Positions 17,431 through 27,108 of a stretch of DNA of 64,000 nucleotides are shown piece by piece. The notes beneath the pieces are model-generated. The model searched no databases and was not told the origin of the DNA. It saw nothing but the letters and a program-made list of their open reading frames with translations. The DNA lies in the NCBI GenBank assembly GCA_018673915.1, contig JABHBK010000057.1:51-64050 (forward strand), read 5' to 3'. The position numbers and the translations under genes are program-made. The DNA comes from Nitrospina sp. (GTDB lineage Bacteria > Nitrospinota > Nitrospinia > Nitrospinales > VA-1). How positions within the stretch are numbered: the stretch's first letter is position 1; each line of letters opens with the position of its first letter.

Positions 17431-18648
17431 CTAGTTGGGGTGGGCAACACATTCAAACTTTTTGGAAAGAGGATTCAGCAAATAATCCTCCACATAATTT
17501 TTTAAATACCCCTTTTCATACAGTTTTTTATTGGATAGATTGGAGTTCACCCGATTGAGGACTTTAAAACGCACCCGAGGAAACTGCTCCTTAAATTCAT
17601 CAAAAGAAACCCCTGAAATATCCCTCTCATCATTGGAAGATTTTTCCATAATCACCCGGGGAAGATGTACAACCTTTTGAGTACTAATTCTTTTAGCCAC
17701 ATCGCTGAAAGTGAGCAATGTAGTGCAATCAGAGTCCCCTCCCAGAGTTTCGTTAGGGACATAAAGAAAACGAGCCCTGCCCTGGCGGAACATTTTCAGA
17801 ACACGATAAACATTGCCCGCCATTACGATCCAGTCCTTTTTATCCAATTCGCACGCATCAAAAGTTTTGATAATTTTATTTCTATTTAGAAAAGCCGTGA
17901 TATCTGATTCAGTATGAATCATCTGGATATTAGGAAGGTTCATATTATAAATCTTATGAGCCTCATCGGGAAGAAACTGTTTACCCTGCCGCATCAATGC
18001 TGTAGTGGTCTCATCAATGTATTTCAACGGTGTCAGGCATCCCATCCACAACAAACAGTTTTTATTAATTTTAGAAATTGTTTGCGCATCTTCTGACATA
18101 GTATTCGGACCAAAAGAATAAAAATTAGCGGAGGTCACAGCCGGTCCATCCAGAACCTCTAAAACCTGGCTAACAGAAGGCCCTTTAGGCATTAATTGTT
18201 TTCGATAGGAACCCAGCGTGATCACCGAAAGTTCAAAATTAATACGCCCGGGATATTTTTCAGACAGACGGTTGATCCTTGCTGGATCAAAATAACCCAC
18301 CGAGAACATGATAATATTTTTATCCGTTTTATCGAGAAATTCCTCAATCCAGTCCATGGCCTTAGGGTGCAAGGCGAGATCTGTCCATTCCATATATTCG
18401 TTACCGCCCAAAACCCACGACTCGGTCTCCCGGGTCGGGAAAGTCTGGATCTCACTTAAAATAAACTCCCAATCCTCTTGCGTAGTAAGAGGCATATCAA
18501 AAGTCTGGCGGTAACTGAGATCCATCTCATAACAAAATGCGCATTTGACCGGACAGGTTTTCCCCAGACTTATAGGAATTTTGTGGTCCTTAATCTCTTT
18601 TCGCAAGACTTCCCGGAGAAACTCCTGGTTTTGAACACTCATTGCCAT
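17431..18648 (-). CDS. radical SAM protein (C-terminal region resembles the DUF512 type)
   Basis: 405 aa. CPVKCAFC is a CX3CX2C radical-SAM cluster motif near the N-terminus. The C-terminal ...ETLGGDSDCTTLLTFSDV... resembles the DUF512 GLLTG-type segment (by eye). Confidence 0.7.
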   Translation of the reverse strand: MAMSVQNQEFLREVLRKEIKDHKIPISLGKTCPVKCAFCYEMDLSYRQTFDMPLTTQEDWEFILSEIQTFPTRETESWVLGGNEYMEWTDLALHPKAMDWIEEFLDKTDKNIIMFSVGYFDPARINRLSEKYPGRINFELSVITLGSYRKQLMPKGPSVSQVLEVLDGPAVTSANFYSFGPNTMSEDAQTISKINKNCLLWMGCLTPLKYIDETTTALMRQGKQFLPDEAHKIYNMNLPNIQMIHTESDITAFLNRNKIIKTFDACELDKKDWIVMAGNVYRVLKMFRQGRARFLYVPNETLGGDSDCTTLLTFSDVAKRISTQKVVHLPRVIMEKSSNDERDISGVSFDEFKEQFPRVRFKVLNRVNSNLSNKKLYEKGYLKNYVEDYLLNPLSKKFECVAHPN

Positions 18649-18971
18649 TCCTTAAAAGCATTCATTAAAGAATCATCCACTGGCACTTCCTGCCTCTGAC
18701 CATCTTCCAGCCCCTGGATAAGCTTGTTAAGATGTACTGCCGCGCATCCCATATAGGCGATACTTTCCTGCTGAAGTTTGTAGCTACCTGACTTCAGCTT
18801 TACCCCTAGCTCCTCAACATGTTTTGAGTCAAAAGGGTGAGTCATTGCAGTTTTTTTGAATTCCTCAATAGACTCTTTGAAACTTTTCTTTTCGTGTAAA
18901 TTGATACCGTTTTTCAAGCTCTCCTGAGCACTTCGAACTTCTTCTACTGATATGGGATTGTCTTCTGCCAT
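18639..18971 (-). CDS. hypothetical helical protein
   Basis: About 110 aa from the second ATG (MAEDNPIS), which follows a GAGGAG Shine-Dalgarno. Overlaps the radical SAM start by 10 nt. Confidence 0.45.
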   Translation of the reverse strand: MAEDNPISVEEVRSAQESLKNGINLHEKKSFKESIEEFKKTAMTHPFDSKHVEELGVKLKSGSYKLQQESIAYMGCAAVHLNKLIQGLEDGQRQEVPVDDSLMNAFKEWQ

Positions 18972-19211
18972 GGACTCCTCTCTCATTGATACTTAAACAA
19001 AAGATGCAAGATGTGGATTTGGAGAATTAAACAAAATTGACCCCTTATACCAAACCGCAACATTTTTGCATCGCACTGATGCTACCGGAAAACCTGCAAG
19101 CATACGCGAATTATTAACTTTAGAAATGGGTCTATTGTAGCATTGACTTAACATGAGCTGTCAAGCGATTAGCCTGGGACACTTGCAAGGAAGGGAAGGA
19201 AAACAGAAAAA

Positions 19212-19237
19212 GGCGAGGAACCAAATTGTTCCCCGCC
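19212..19237 (-). terminator. rho-independent terminator
   Basis: GGCGAGGAAC-N6-GTTCCCCGCC stem (9 of 10 pairs). On the minus strand it is followed by TTTTTCTGTTT. Lies downstream of the small lipoprotein ORF. Confidence 0.6.
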
Positions 19238-19345
19238 TAAAAACATACCTATCTCCGGCAGGCATAGGCCGACAATAACTGCCGCCCACACTCAAGCGCG
19301 AGAAAGAGTTATTGTTCTCTGTCTGTGGAAAAACTCCACATCAGA

Positions 19346-19474
19346 TTAATGTTTCTTTTCAACACCCTCAGGTGCGTACTGGTGACCTTCGCCATTAAAC
19401 TTTGATTCCATCGAACAAGAAGACAAAACCAACACCAGTGAAACCCAAATAAATGAAGCTACCAACTTTTTCAT
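19346..19474 (-). CDS. small putative lipoprotein (42 aa), absent from the ORF track
   Basis: My translation is MKKLVASFIWVSLVLVLSSCSMESKFNGEGHQYAPEGVEKKH. It has a signal peptide with lipobox LSSC, a strong GAGAGGAGAGGG RBS and a terminator downstream. Confidence 0.5.
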   Translation of the reverse strand: MKKLVASFIWVSLVLVLSSCSMESKFNGEGHQYAPEGVEKKH

Positions 19475-19499
19475 CCAGCCCTCTCCTCTCAAAAGGTTT

Positions 19500-19534
19500 C
19501 GGTTTCCTACCAGTACTCAGGGGAAACCGTTTTT
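19500..19534 (+). terminator. terminator-like hairpin plus T5 on the plus strand (no obvious plus-strand gene to terminate)
   Basis: CGGTTTCC-N14-GGAAACCG, a perfect 8-bp stem followed by TTTTT. Confidence 0.35.
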
Positions 19535-19771
19535 GGAATAAGCTTTTTATCAATATTTAGACAACATTTCAATCATTTTCTGGCATTTTATCCTACAATA
19601 GGCACTATTAGGGTCTTTAATTTAAATCATAAATCCCAAGGCGTTACCCTGACTTCCACTTCTGACATTGATATTTCAACCCTTGAGCAAGAATTTGCCG
19701 CAGCCAGAATCGGCTGCTCTCTAAAGATTCTTTCTCAAATCGACTCCACCAATGAGGAAATCAAGCGGAAT

Positions 19772-20434
19772 TTGGCTGAAAACCTCCCGGAAGGCGCAGT
19801 CGTTATTGCAGGTCTCCAAACTCATGGAAAGGGACGGCAGGGGCGGTCATGGCATTCTGAACCGGGATCTGGACTTTACCTTTCAGTTCTTTTAAAACCC
19901 AGCTTTCCCACCGAAAACCTGGCCTGCATCACATTGATGGCAGGGGTCGCAGCCGCATCCACCCTCAAGCATTATGCACCCGTAAAGCTCAAATGGCCGA
20001 ATGACATATTATTAAACGGTAAAAAGCTCGCAGGAATATTATGCGAATGTGTCCCCGGTGCTACTCCAGCAGTTATCGTGGGGATAGGAATCAATCTCAA
20101 CCATACCCACTTTCCCAAAGAAATTCAGGGAAAAGCAACCTCTCTGAAGTTGGAAACCGGGATAACTTTGGACCGCACGAATCTTATCCTCAATCTTCTT
20201 AAGAGCCTTGATACCGAGTATGAAGCAATTTTGCAGGGAAAAATTGAAAACCTGATCTGTAAATGGACTGACCAGTCTGATATGTTCGGCCAAACCGTGA
20301 CTGTCTATCAAAAAGGTAAAAACCTGGTGGGTAAAGCTCTAGGACTCAATTCTCAAGGCAAACTGATCCTCCAAACTCCTGAGGGAGAACAACGGCTTTT
20401 GGATTCCGGCGAAGTCAGCTTCAACCCAATTTAA
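19772..20434 (+). CDS. birA: biotin--[acetyl-CoA-carboxylase] ligase (class I, no HTH). True start probably upstream of the called TTG
   Basis: GKGRQGRSWHS biotin-binding loop. The conserved ...ILSQIDSTNEE... motif is encoded in-frame upstream of coordinate 19772. Confidence 0.8.
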   Translation: MAENLPEGAVVIAGLQTHGKGRQGRSWHSEPGSGLYLSVLLKPSFPTENLACITLMAGVAAASTLKHYAPVKLKWPNDILLNGKKLAGILCECVPGATPAVIVGIGINLNHTHFPKEIQGKATSLKLETGITLDRTNLILNLLKSLDTEYEAILQGKIENLICKWTDQSDMFGQTVTVYQKGKNLVGKALGLNSQGKLILQTPEGEQRLLDSGEVSFNPI

Positions 20435-20671
20435 GTTACTTCTATATGCTACGAGGCAGAAACTTTGAATTCTCAGCAAACATTTTCTCAGCCTCCCGAA
20501 TAGAGAAATAGGAGTAACTATATAATTCATAAGAAGATATTACAAAAGACTTGACCTCTCTAATCCACTGTATTTATCATATAGGTAGAAAAACTATCCA
20601 CAATTAAGCAAACAAAATTTCTACAATTTATTTTAATTGAGTCCTTTCGATATAAATCTAAAGTACAGATA

Positions 20672-23218
20672 ATGAAAAATATTATATTCATAATTCTATC
20701 CTTGCTAATTTTGCCGGGCAGTTCCTCTTTCGCGAAGGAAACCAGCCTAAAGTCTGGGCAAGTCTTAGCGTTAACTCCAGCGGAAAATGCTTGGCTTCAA
20801 GATCATCCTGAAATAAGGCTATCACCCGATCCGGATTTTCTTCCCATAGAATATATCGATGCAAAGGGAAAATATACTGGCATTGCCGCTGATTATGTTG
20901 CTCTAGTGGAGAAAAAACTTGGTATAAAATTCAAAATCCTAAAATATAAAAACTGGGACGAAGTCATAAAGAAGGCCAAGTCACGAGAATCCGATATGTT
21001 TGGAGCCGCCACTCCCACCCCGCAACGACTGGAGTACATGCTATTTACTCAGCCCTTTGTAGAACTCCCGGCAGTAATCATTGTTAGAAAAAATATAGAA
21101 GAGTCTCTTTCCTTAAAAGATCTTAAAGGAATGAAAGTGGCAGTTATTTCCGGCTATGGGATTCATGACCACCTTTTGGAAAACAACCATGGAATTGAAT
21201 TAGATGTTGTGCCGGATATTTCCACCGGTCTGAAAAAAGTATCCTTTGGCATGGTGGATGCCATGATCGCGAATATTGCCTTGGCTACTTACTATATAGA
21301 GAAGGATGGAATCAGCAACCTCCGGGTAGTAGGAGAATCCGGTTACGTTTATAAATTGGGGTTTGCTACACGAAACGATTGGCCTGAACTAAACAAAATT
21401 CTGCAAAAAGGCATCGACCAGATTGACTTTAAAGAAACAACCGAAATATACAGAAAATGGGTCGGCTTGAAAACAGTTCCTTCTTTGACCTTCAAAGATG
21501 TTGTGATTCCTGTTATCGGCATTTTGGGGCTGTTCGCAATTATAGCAATTATCATTTCAAATCGCGTTCTTAAAAAACAGGTTCTAAAAAGAACGGAGGA
21601 TCTAAACACAGAATTGGAAAAACGCAAAGCCACGGAAGAAGAGCTTAAGGATTCATATCAACTGCTAAATATCATTCGTAAATCCCAGTCAGAATATATT
21701 CTTGAAAAGGAATCCAAACCTGTTTTTGAGCATTTGCTGCGCGACATTCTTGACCTGACCAAAAGTGAATTCGGCTTTATTGGAAGAATTCTATATAGAG
21801 AAGGAAATGTCCCCTATCTCAAAACCTTTTCCATTTCAAACATCAGTTGGAATGAGGAATCAAAAAAGCTTTATGAAGCTTCTTTAGAAACCGGTTTCGA
21901 GTTTAATAATCTGGACACCCTTTTTGGAGCTGTCATCAAAACCGGGAATTTCGTAAATTCAAATGATCCCAAAAATGATCCCAGAAGTTACGGCCTTCCT
22001 CCTGGCCATCCCCCTCTTAAGTCGTTTCTAGGTTTACCTTTTTACAAAGGAGACAAGTTGCTAGGAATGGTGGGCATTGCCAACCGTCCCGAGGGATATG
22101 AAAATTCTTTAGTAGATTATCTGCAACCTTTTTTAACAAACTGCTCGCAGATCCTTTCGGCCATCGACATTGACGAATGGAGAAAAACCGCAGAGTTGGA
22201 GCTGACCCGCGCCAAGGAAGACGCAGAATCTGCTAATCAAGCCAAGACTGAGTTTTTGTCCAGAATGAGTCATGAACTTCGCACACCCTTAAACGCAATA
22301 CTGGGGTTTGGTCAGTTACTGGCATTTAGCGATGAAAATCTATCCGAAATTCAAAAAAGCAATACAGATCGGATACTGAATGCAGGCCATCACCTGCTAA
22401 ACCTTGTCAACGATGTCTTAGATCTTTCAAGAATAGAAGCAGGAATGCTTGAGGTCAAAACTGAGAGTTTCTCCCTTAAGAAAACTTTGGATGAAGCTAT
22501 TGCGTTGGTACGACCTAATGCAGAAAAAGCTGGGATACAAATAACTGTTACCCCACACAACGAACGAGATATATTTGTTCTTGCAGACAAAGTAAGATTG
22601 CTACAAGTATTGCTAAACATATTGACTAACTCTATTAAATATAACAAAGAGTCAGGAACGGTCCAAATAGATTGGGAATTAACGGGTAAAGAAAAAGTTC
22701 GAATCCATGTGAAAGATACTGGCATGGGAATTCCGCAGGAGATGATAAATGATATATTCGCCCCTTTCAAAAGATTGGACAGGGATAAAATCAAAATTCA
22801 AGGGACTGGCATTGGCCTTTCCATCACAAAACAACTCCTGGACATTATGAAGGGATTAATTTCCGTAGAAAGCACATTAGGTGAAGGTAGCTGCTTCACC
22901 ATTGAGCTTTCTGAAGGGCAAAACCTTCCTGATAAACAAAAAACTACAGTTGCAGCAGAACTCCCGAAAGCACCTGATGAGCCGAACTCCAGTCTTAGTA
23001 ATAACGATTTTCAAAAAGTAAAACTTTCCCAAGAGTTTCTCAGTCAATTTAAAGAAGCGGTGAAATTAAACAGGATTTCCCGGGTTGAAATTTTTTCGAA
23101 TGATTTAATCCAAATGGGAGGTAATGAAGAAATTCTTGGGAATCAAATTAAAGCTAAGTTAGAGGCCTTTGAGATGGATGATATCCTTACAATATTAAAT
23201 CAGGTTCCGAATGAATAA
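20672..23218 (+). CDS. sensor histidine kinase: periplasmic family-3 solute-binding domain, TM, GAF, HisKA-HATPase
   Basis: 848 aa. Signal/TM, SBP_bac_3-like region, TM ([14 protein letters not shown]), GAF-like region. H-box [12 protein letters not shown]-box NSIKYN, G-boxes DTGMGIP and GTGIGLS. About 110-aa unassigned C-terminal tail. Confidence 0.85.
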   Translation: MKNIIFIILSLLILPGSSSFAKETSLKSGQVLALTPAENAWLQDHPEIRLSPDPDFLPIEYIDAKGKYTGIAADYVALVEKKLGIKFKILKYKNWDEVIKKAKSRESDMFGAATPTPQRLEYMLFTQPFVELPAVIIVRKNIEESLSLKDLKGMKVAVISGYGIHDHLLENNHGIELDVVPDISTGLKKVSFGMVDAMIANIALATYYIEKDGISNLRVVGESGYVYKLGFATRNDWPELNKILQKGIDQIDFKETTEIYRKWVGLKTVPSLTFKDVVIPVIGILGLFAIIAIIISNRVLKKQVLKRTEDLNTELEKRKATEEELKDSYQLLNIIRKSQSEYILEKESKPVFEHLLRDILDLTKSEFGFIGRILYREGNVPYLKTFSISNISWNEESKKLYEASLETGFEFNNLDTLFGAVIKTGNFVNSNDPKNDPRSYGLPPGHPPLKSFLGLPFYKGDKLLGMVGIANRPEGYENSLVDYLQPFLTNCSQILSAIDIDEWRKTAELELTRAKEDAESANQAKTEFLSRMSHELRTPLNAILGFGQLLAFSDENLSEIQKSNTDRILNAGHHLLNLVNDVLDLSRIEAGMLEVKTESFSLKKTLDEAIALVRPNAEKAGIQITVTPHNERDIFVLADKVRLLQVLLNILTNSIKYNKESGTVQIDWELTGKEKVRIHVKDTGMGIPQEMINDIFAPFKRLDRDKIKIQGTGIGLSITKQLLDIMKGLISVESTLGEGSCFTIELSEGQNLPDKQKTTVAAELPKAPDEPNSSLSNNDFQKVKLSQEFLSQFKEAVKLNRISRVEIFSNDLIQMGGNEEILGNQIKAKLEAFEMDDILTILNQVPNE

Positions 23219-24350
23219 TGCAGACACACTTGGCGAAATAATTCTATTAGTGGATGACAACTTCACCAATATCGAGTTATTAAAAACTCTTCTGCAAAAA
23301 GATGGCTATGAAATAGCTTACGCTCCAAATGGAGAAGATGCATTAAAAGTGGTGCCAAAACTAAAGCCAAATTTAATTCTCCTGGATATTATGATGCCGG
23401 GTATTGATGGGTTTGAAACTTGCAAAAAGTTAAAGGACAATGAACAGTTCCGGGATATTCCGGTTATTTTCATATCGGCTAAATCAACGCCTAAAGATAT
23501 TGTTAGAGGATTTGAAGTTGGAGGTGTGGATTATATTACAAAACCCTTTAATTTAAAGGAGGTTTTGGCAAGAGTACGGACGCAATTGCAATTGCAGAGT
23601 TTGATGATACAAAAAGAAAAATCAGAAGAAAAAGCCAAGGCCTTTGCGCAGGAGCTGGAGCGGAGCAACAGGGCTCTTGAAGAATTCGCCCACCTTGCCT
23701 CACACGATTTACAGGCCCCTCTACGAAAAATTATAACCTTTGGAGATCGGCTGAAAGAACAATCCCCAAATTTAGATGACAAAGGTAAAGATTATTTAGA
23801 CCGTATGCAAAAAGCCTCAGTTCGGATGAAAAACTTTATTGACGATCTTCTGGATTTTTCCAGTGTCACATCAATTCCCAAACCATATAAATTGGTAGAC
23901 TTGGGTAAAATAGCCCATCGGGTTTGTGAAGACTTGGATTTGCAGATAAAAACTAACAACACGACCATTAAGATTGAAAAATTACCCTCCCTCGAATTAG
24001 ACTCCGCCCAGTTTTCCACTGTTTTTCAAAACTTGATTTCCAACGCAATTAAATACCATCGCAAAGGTGTGGCCCCTGTCATCAGCTTGACCAGTTCCTA
24101 TGATGCTGAAGAAAAATCATGGAATATTAAAGTTTCGGATAATGGGATTGGGGTCGAAGAAAAATATTTCGAGCGTATTTTCAAACTATTCCAACGATTG
24201 CATGGCAAAAGCTCTTACGAAGGAACCGGAATCGGCCTGGCCATTTGCCAAAAAATCGTAAACAATCATGGTGGTGAAATCACCTTAGAAAGTAAAATTG
24301 ATGAAGGAAGTTCATTCATCATCCACCTTCCAGATAAATTACAAACTTAG
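23211..24350 (+). CDS. response-regulator receiver fused to histidine kinase (REC-HisKA-HATPase)
   Basis: 379 aa. REC with LLVDD and [15 protein letters not shown]-box [12 protein letters not shown]. HATPase with [10 protein letters not shown]. Overlaps the upstream kinase gene by 8 nt. Confidence 0.85.
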   Translation: MNNADTLGEIILLVDDNFTNIELLKTLLQKDGYEIAYAPNGEDALKVVPKLKPNLILLDIMMPGIDGFETCKKLKDNEQFRDIPVIFISAKSTPKDIVRGFEVGGVDYITKPFNLKEVLARVRTQLQLQSLMIQKEKSEEKAKAFAQELERSNRALEEFAHLASHDLQAPLRKIITFGDRLKEQSPNLDDKGKDYLDRMQKASVRMKNFIDDLLDFSSVTSIPKPYKLVDLGKIAHRVCEDLDLQIKTNNTTIKIEKLPSLELDSAQFSTVFQNLISNAIKYHRKGVAPVISLTSSYDAEEKSWNIKVSDNGIGVEEKYFERIFKLFQRLHGKSSYEGTGIGLAICQKIVNNHGGEITLESKIDEGSSFIIHLPDKLQT

Positions 24351-24463
24351 AATACGCTCATATAACATCTTTAGTATAACTAGCTTCAGAATCAATGCTG
24401 TGCGCGCTCAACATTATGTGCACTTCCGCAAAACATGAGCCTGTTTTTTTTAGAACAACTCAA

Positions 24464-25069
24464 TCAAAACCCATTCTCAAGCACTACTTCATCAAGCGGT
24501 AACTGACCCGGCTTTGGCCACGGATCTTTGGTTCCCTTGCCAATGGCCACCATCGGACCCATCGCATGATCTTCCGGCAGGTTAATCAGCTCTGCAACCT
24601 TTTCAATGTCGAATCCGATCATAGGGCACGAGTCATAACCCATCGACTTTGCTGCCAGCATCAGGGTTTGCATCGCCATACCTATCGACCGTTGGGCTTC
24701 GTCACGCTGTAACCATTCACGACCCTCATGGAAAGGCGCCATCCAATTCACCAGCAGGTCCGCAACATCTTTCGGAGCATTTTTCCAATAGCGCTCAGGG
24801 TTTTTCTTCCACGCATTGGTATCAGCTGTCATGATGATGAGCAGGGAAGCGTCCGTCATTTGAGCCTGGTCGTTGCCATATTCTTTGCGAATTTTTTGAC
24901 GAAGATCAGGATCGCGCATAATCACAAATCGCCAGTGCTGTATATTAAAGCTGGTCGGGGCCTGAATTGCGGCTTCCAAAAGCTTGGTCTCTTCTTCGGG
25001 CGAGAGTTTGTGTTGGCTATCAAACTGCTTGATGGAGCGGCGCTGATATATAGCGTCAAACATGTCCAT
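24464..25069 (-). CDS. nitroreductase family protein
   Basis: About 201 aa from the ATG at 25069, which follows an AAGGAG Shine-Dalgarno. AIYQRRSIKQF and APTSFNIQHWRF motifs. Confidence 0.8.
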   Translation of the reverse strand: MDMFDAIYQRRSIKQFDSQHKLSPEEETKLLEAAIQAPTSFNIQHWRFVIMRDPDLRQKIRKEYGNDQAQMTDASLLIIMTADTNAWKKNPERYWKNAPKDVADLLVNWMAPFHEGREWLQRDEAQRSIGMAMQTLMLAAKSMGYDSCPMIGFDIEKVAELINLPEDHAMGPMVAIGKGTKDPWPKPGQLPLDEVVLENGF

Positions 25070-25097
25070 GGAGATTCTCCTTAAAGTGAAATTCAAA

Positions 25098-25499
25098 TTA
25101 GTGATTATGAAACACTTTGGATGTGATTGTCCATGCGCCGTTATCCTTTAACAGCGTGAACTGATCCGTAAAGCGGTGGCCGAGCCAACCTGTGACCTCG
25201 ACCCGCGCGGTAGCAACGGTTTCCGCAGTATCTATATTGGCGATTTTAGCTTCCAGACCCAAGGCAGCCGGGTTTTCGGTAACCCAGTTGAATAGATTCT
25301 GGATCGGTCCAGCAAACAGGCTACCACCAATAAATCCGTGTATGGTGGCGTTTTCGTGGAACGCGTGTTTCATGATCGCCACATCACCCTTTCTCCCACC
25401 TTCAGCATAAGTCTGGATTATGGATGATATAGCTTTAATATCCTCTTGGTTGCCTGAGGACTTTGACACTGCAGTGTCCAGGCTTTTGTTAAAGTTCAT
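25098..25499 (-). CDS. NTF2-like (SnoaL/lumazine-binding-like) small protein
   Basis: 133 aa. Size and pattern (YAEGGRKGDVAIMKHAFHENATIHG...) match NTF2-fold proteins. Confidence 0.5.
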   Translation of the reverse strand: MNFNKSLDTAVSKSSGNQEDIKAISSIIQTYAEGGRKGDVAIMKHAFHENATIHGFIGGSLFAGPIQNLFNWVTENPAALGLEAKIANIDTAETVATARVEVTGWLGHRFTDQFTLLKDNGAWTITSKVFHNH

Positions 25500-25538
25500 C
25501 GTTTTGTTCCCTTTGAATATTACATCATTAGTAAAATT

Positions 25539-25955
25539 TTAAAATGAATTACCATCTGCCGTGAAAGTGGGTGTCCGTTCACCCTTCCAGTATCGGGCGA
25601 CATCCACCGCATCAATGACCAGCGAAAGGCTGTCGAGCACGACCACGGCAAGCAACCAATAATAAAAACCCCCACTTTCAGCGGCCTGACCCAAGCGCGA
25701 GTAAAGCCAGGGAACGGTAAACAGCCAGGGGATATGGCCCACACCCAGGAGCCTTACGAATCCATATTTTGAATACAGGGTTATCATGAGGGTCAGGCTG
25801 AGTATGACTCCGGCAAGAACCACCGCTGCTTCCAGTGTACCGAAGAAGAACCAGGGTAATACCAGGTTTGCCAATACCAGCAGAATCGTCCATCCCAACC
25901 AGGGTTTTGGCATGGCGAGAAGGGCTCTGTTAAATCCAATAAATATTTTAATCAT
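25539..25955 (-). CDS. small integral membrane protein
   Basis: 138 aa with four predicted hydrophobic helices. GGAGGA RBS. Confidence 0.5.
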   Translation of the reverse strand: MIKIFIGFNRALLAMPKPWLGWTILLVLANLVLPWFFFGTLEAAVVLAGVILSLTLMITLYSKYGFVRLLGVGHIPWLFTVPWLYSRLGQAAESGGFYYWLLAVVVLDSLSLVIDAVDVARYWKGERTPTFTADGNSF

Positions 25956-26002
25956 GGGTCCTCCCTTATATTAATGTGACCGAATCATCTCACGGTGCAG
26001 AT

Positions 26003-26434
26003 TCAGGCAGCCTTGATATTCATGGCTGCCTGGATGTCGGCGAGTGGAAATATTTGTCCTGAACCGGCCCAACCTCCTTCTTTTAGCTCATGGAGCATGG
26101 TCCAATTATTGAGTCTTCTTTCGAATGGACCCACTAGGTCGTCCACAATCTGACCGATTTCCTCTACGAGTGATTTCCGCGTTGAGTCATAGAGAGCTCC
26201 CTCAGGGGTTGTCACTGCGATAACTAAAGGAGGCTTGTTCAAACGTTCACCACCGATATAACAAGTCCCCTTGGGTTTTTCATCGTAATAGGCCCAGACT
26301 AAGGATTGTGCGCCAGGATCATTGACGTGTGCTCCTTCCGATTTTAGTACGGCATTCGATAACCGGGACATCAACGTATCCTGGTCCTTCTTGTTCAATG
26401 TGCCTTGTGAGGCTGTGACATGAATTAATGGCAT
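26003..26434 (-). CDS. tautomerase-superfamily protein (long, about 143 aa form)
   Basis: The ATG at 26434 follows a GGAG RBS and gives MPLIHV..., i.e. the Pro-1 signature of 4-OT/tautomerase superfamily enzymes. The track ORF is extended upstream. Confidence 0.5.
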   Translation of the reverse strand: MPLIHVTASQGTLNKKDQDTLMSRLSNAVLKSEGAHVNDPGAQSLVWAYYDEKPKGTCYIGGERLNKPPLVIAVTTPEGALYDSTRKSLVEEIGQIVDDLVGPFERRLNNWTMLHELKEGGWAGSGQIFPLADIQAAMNIKAA

Positions 26435-26465
26435 GATCTTACTCCTCGATTTTTTAAAATTGTTA

Positions 26466-27050
26466 TTAATTGGTTTCAATGAGTTCCTGATCTAAATTGG
26501 CCAGGCCTTTTTGGATTTCTTCTTTTGTATAACGAGGCGTTATATGTTGTGGACAATTCCAATCGAAGGCATGGACTTTGAAAATAAAAATTCGCTCCAC
26601 AGTGGCTTCGTAATCTGGCATCTCAAATTTTTCCAGCAGTTCAGGATGGTCTGCGGCGTGAAGCACTTCCGCCTCTGCCCAAATTTTTAATCTTTGTTGC
26701 TGGATATAATCCATAAGAAACAGGACGGTCTTCTTAGTGGCGTTAAAATTTCCTGTGCTGATGTATTGCCCATTGCCCCGAAAATCAGCAAACCCAATTG
26801 TGTTTTCATCAATGACTTTTAAAAATCCTTTAGGTCCACCACGAAACTGCATATAAGGCCAGCCGTCTTCACTCACCGAAGACATATAAAAACTATCCCT
26901 GTTTTTGATATACCCTTTTTCCTGCCAGGTGAGCTTGTTGCGAAACTCAGTTTTGCTTTCCATCTTTTGATAAGGAGCCCGGGTGCCATATTGTTCCTGA
27001 ACTTTTCGGACGCTGTCGTTGAACGCGAATTCCATAAAATGTTTAGCCAT
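26466..27050 (-). CDS. pyridoxamine 5'-phosphate oxidase-like FMN-binding protein
   Basis: About 194 aa from MAKHFMEF. Split-barrel pattern ...SSVSEDGWPYMQFRGGPKGFLKVIDENTIGFADFRGNGQYIS... Confidence 0.6.
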   Translation of the reverse strand: MAKHFMEFAFNDSVRKVQEQYGTRAPYQKMESKTEFRNKLTWQEKGYIKNRDSFYMSSVSEDGWPYMQFRGGPKGFLKVIDENTIGFADFRGNGQYISTGNFNATKKTVLFLMDYIQQQRLKIWAEAEVLHAADHPELLEKFEMPDYEATVERIFIFKVHAFDWNCPQHITPRYTKEEIQKGLANLDQELIETN

Positions 27051-27078
27051 GATCGGGTTTCCTTTATATTGAAAGGGT

Positions 27079-27098
27079 GCCCCCATAAAGCGGGGGGC
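27079..27098. other. intercistronic GC hairpin
   Basis: GCCCCC-N8-GGGGGC directly after the stop of the DsrE-like gene. A T-run follows only on the plus (antisense) strand. Confidence 0.4.
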
Positions 27099-27108
27099 TT
27101 ATTTTTTA

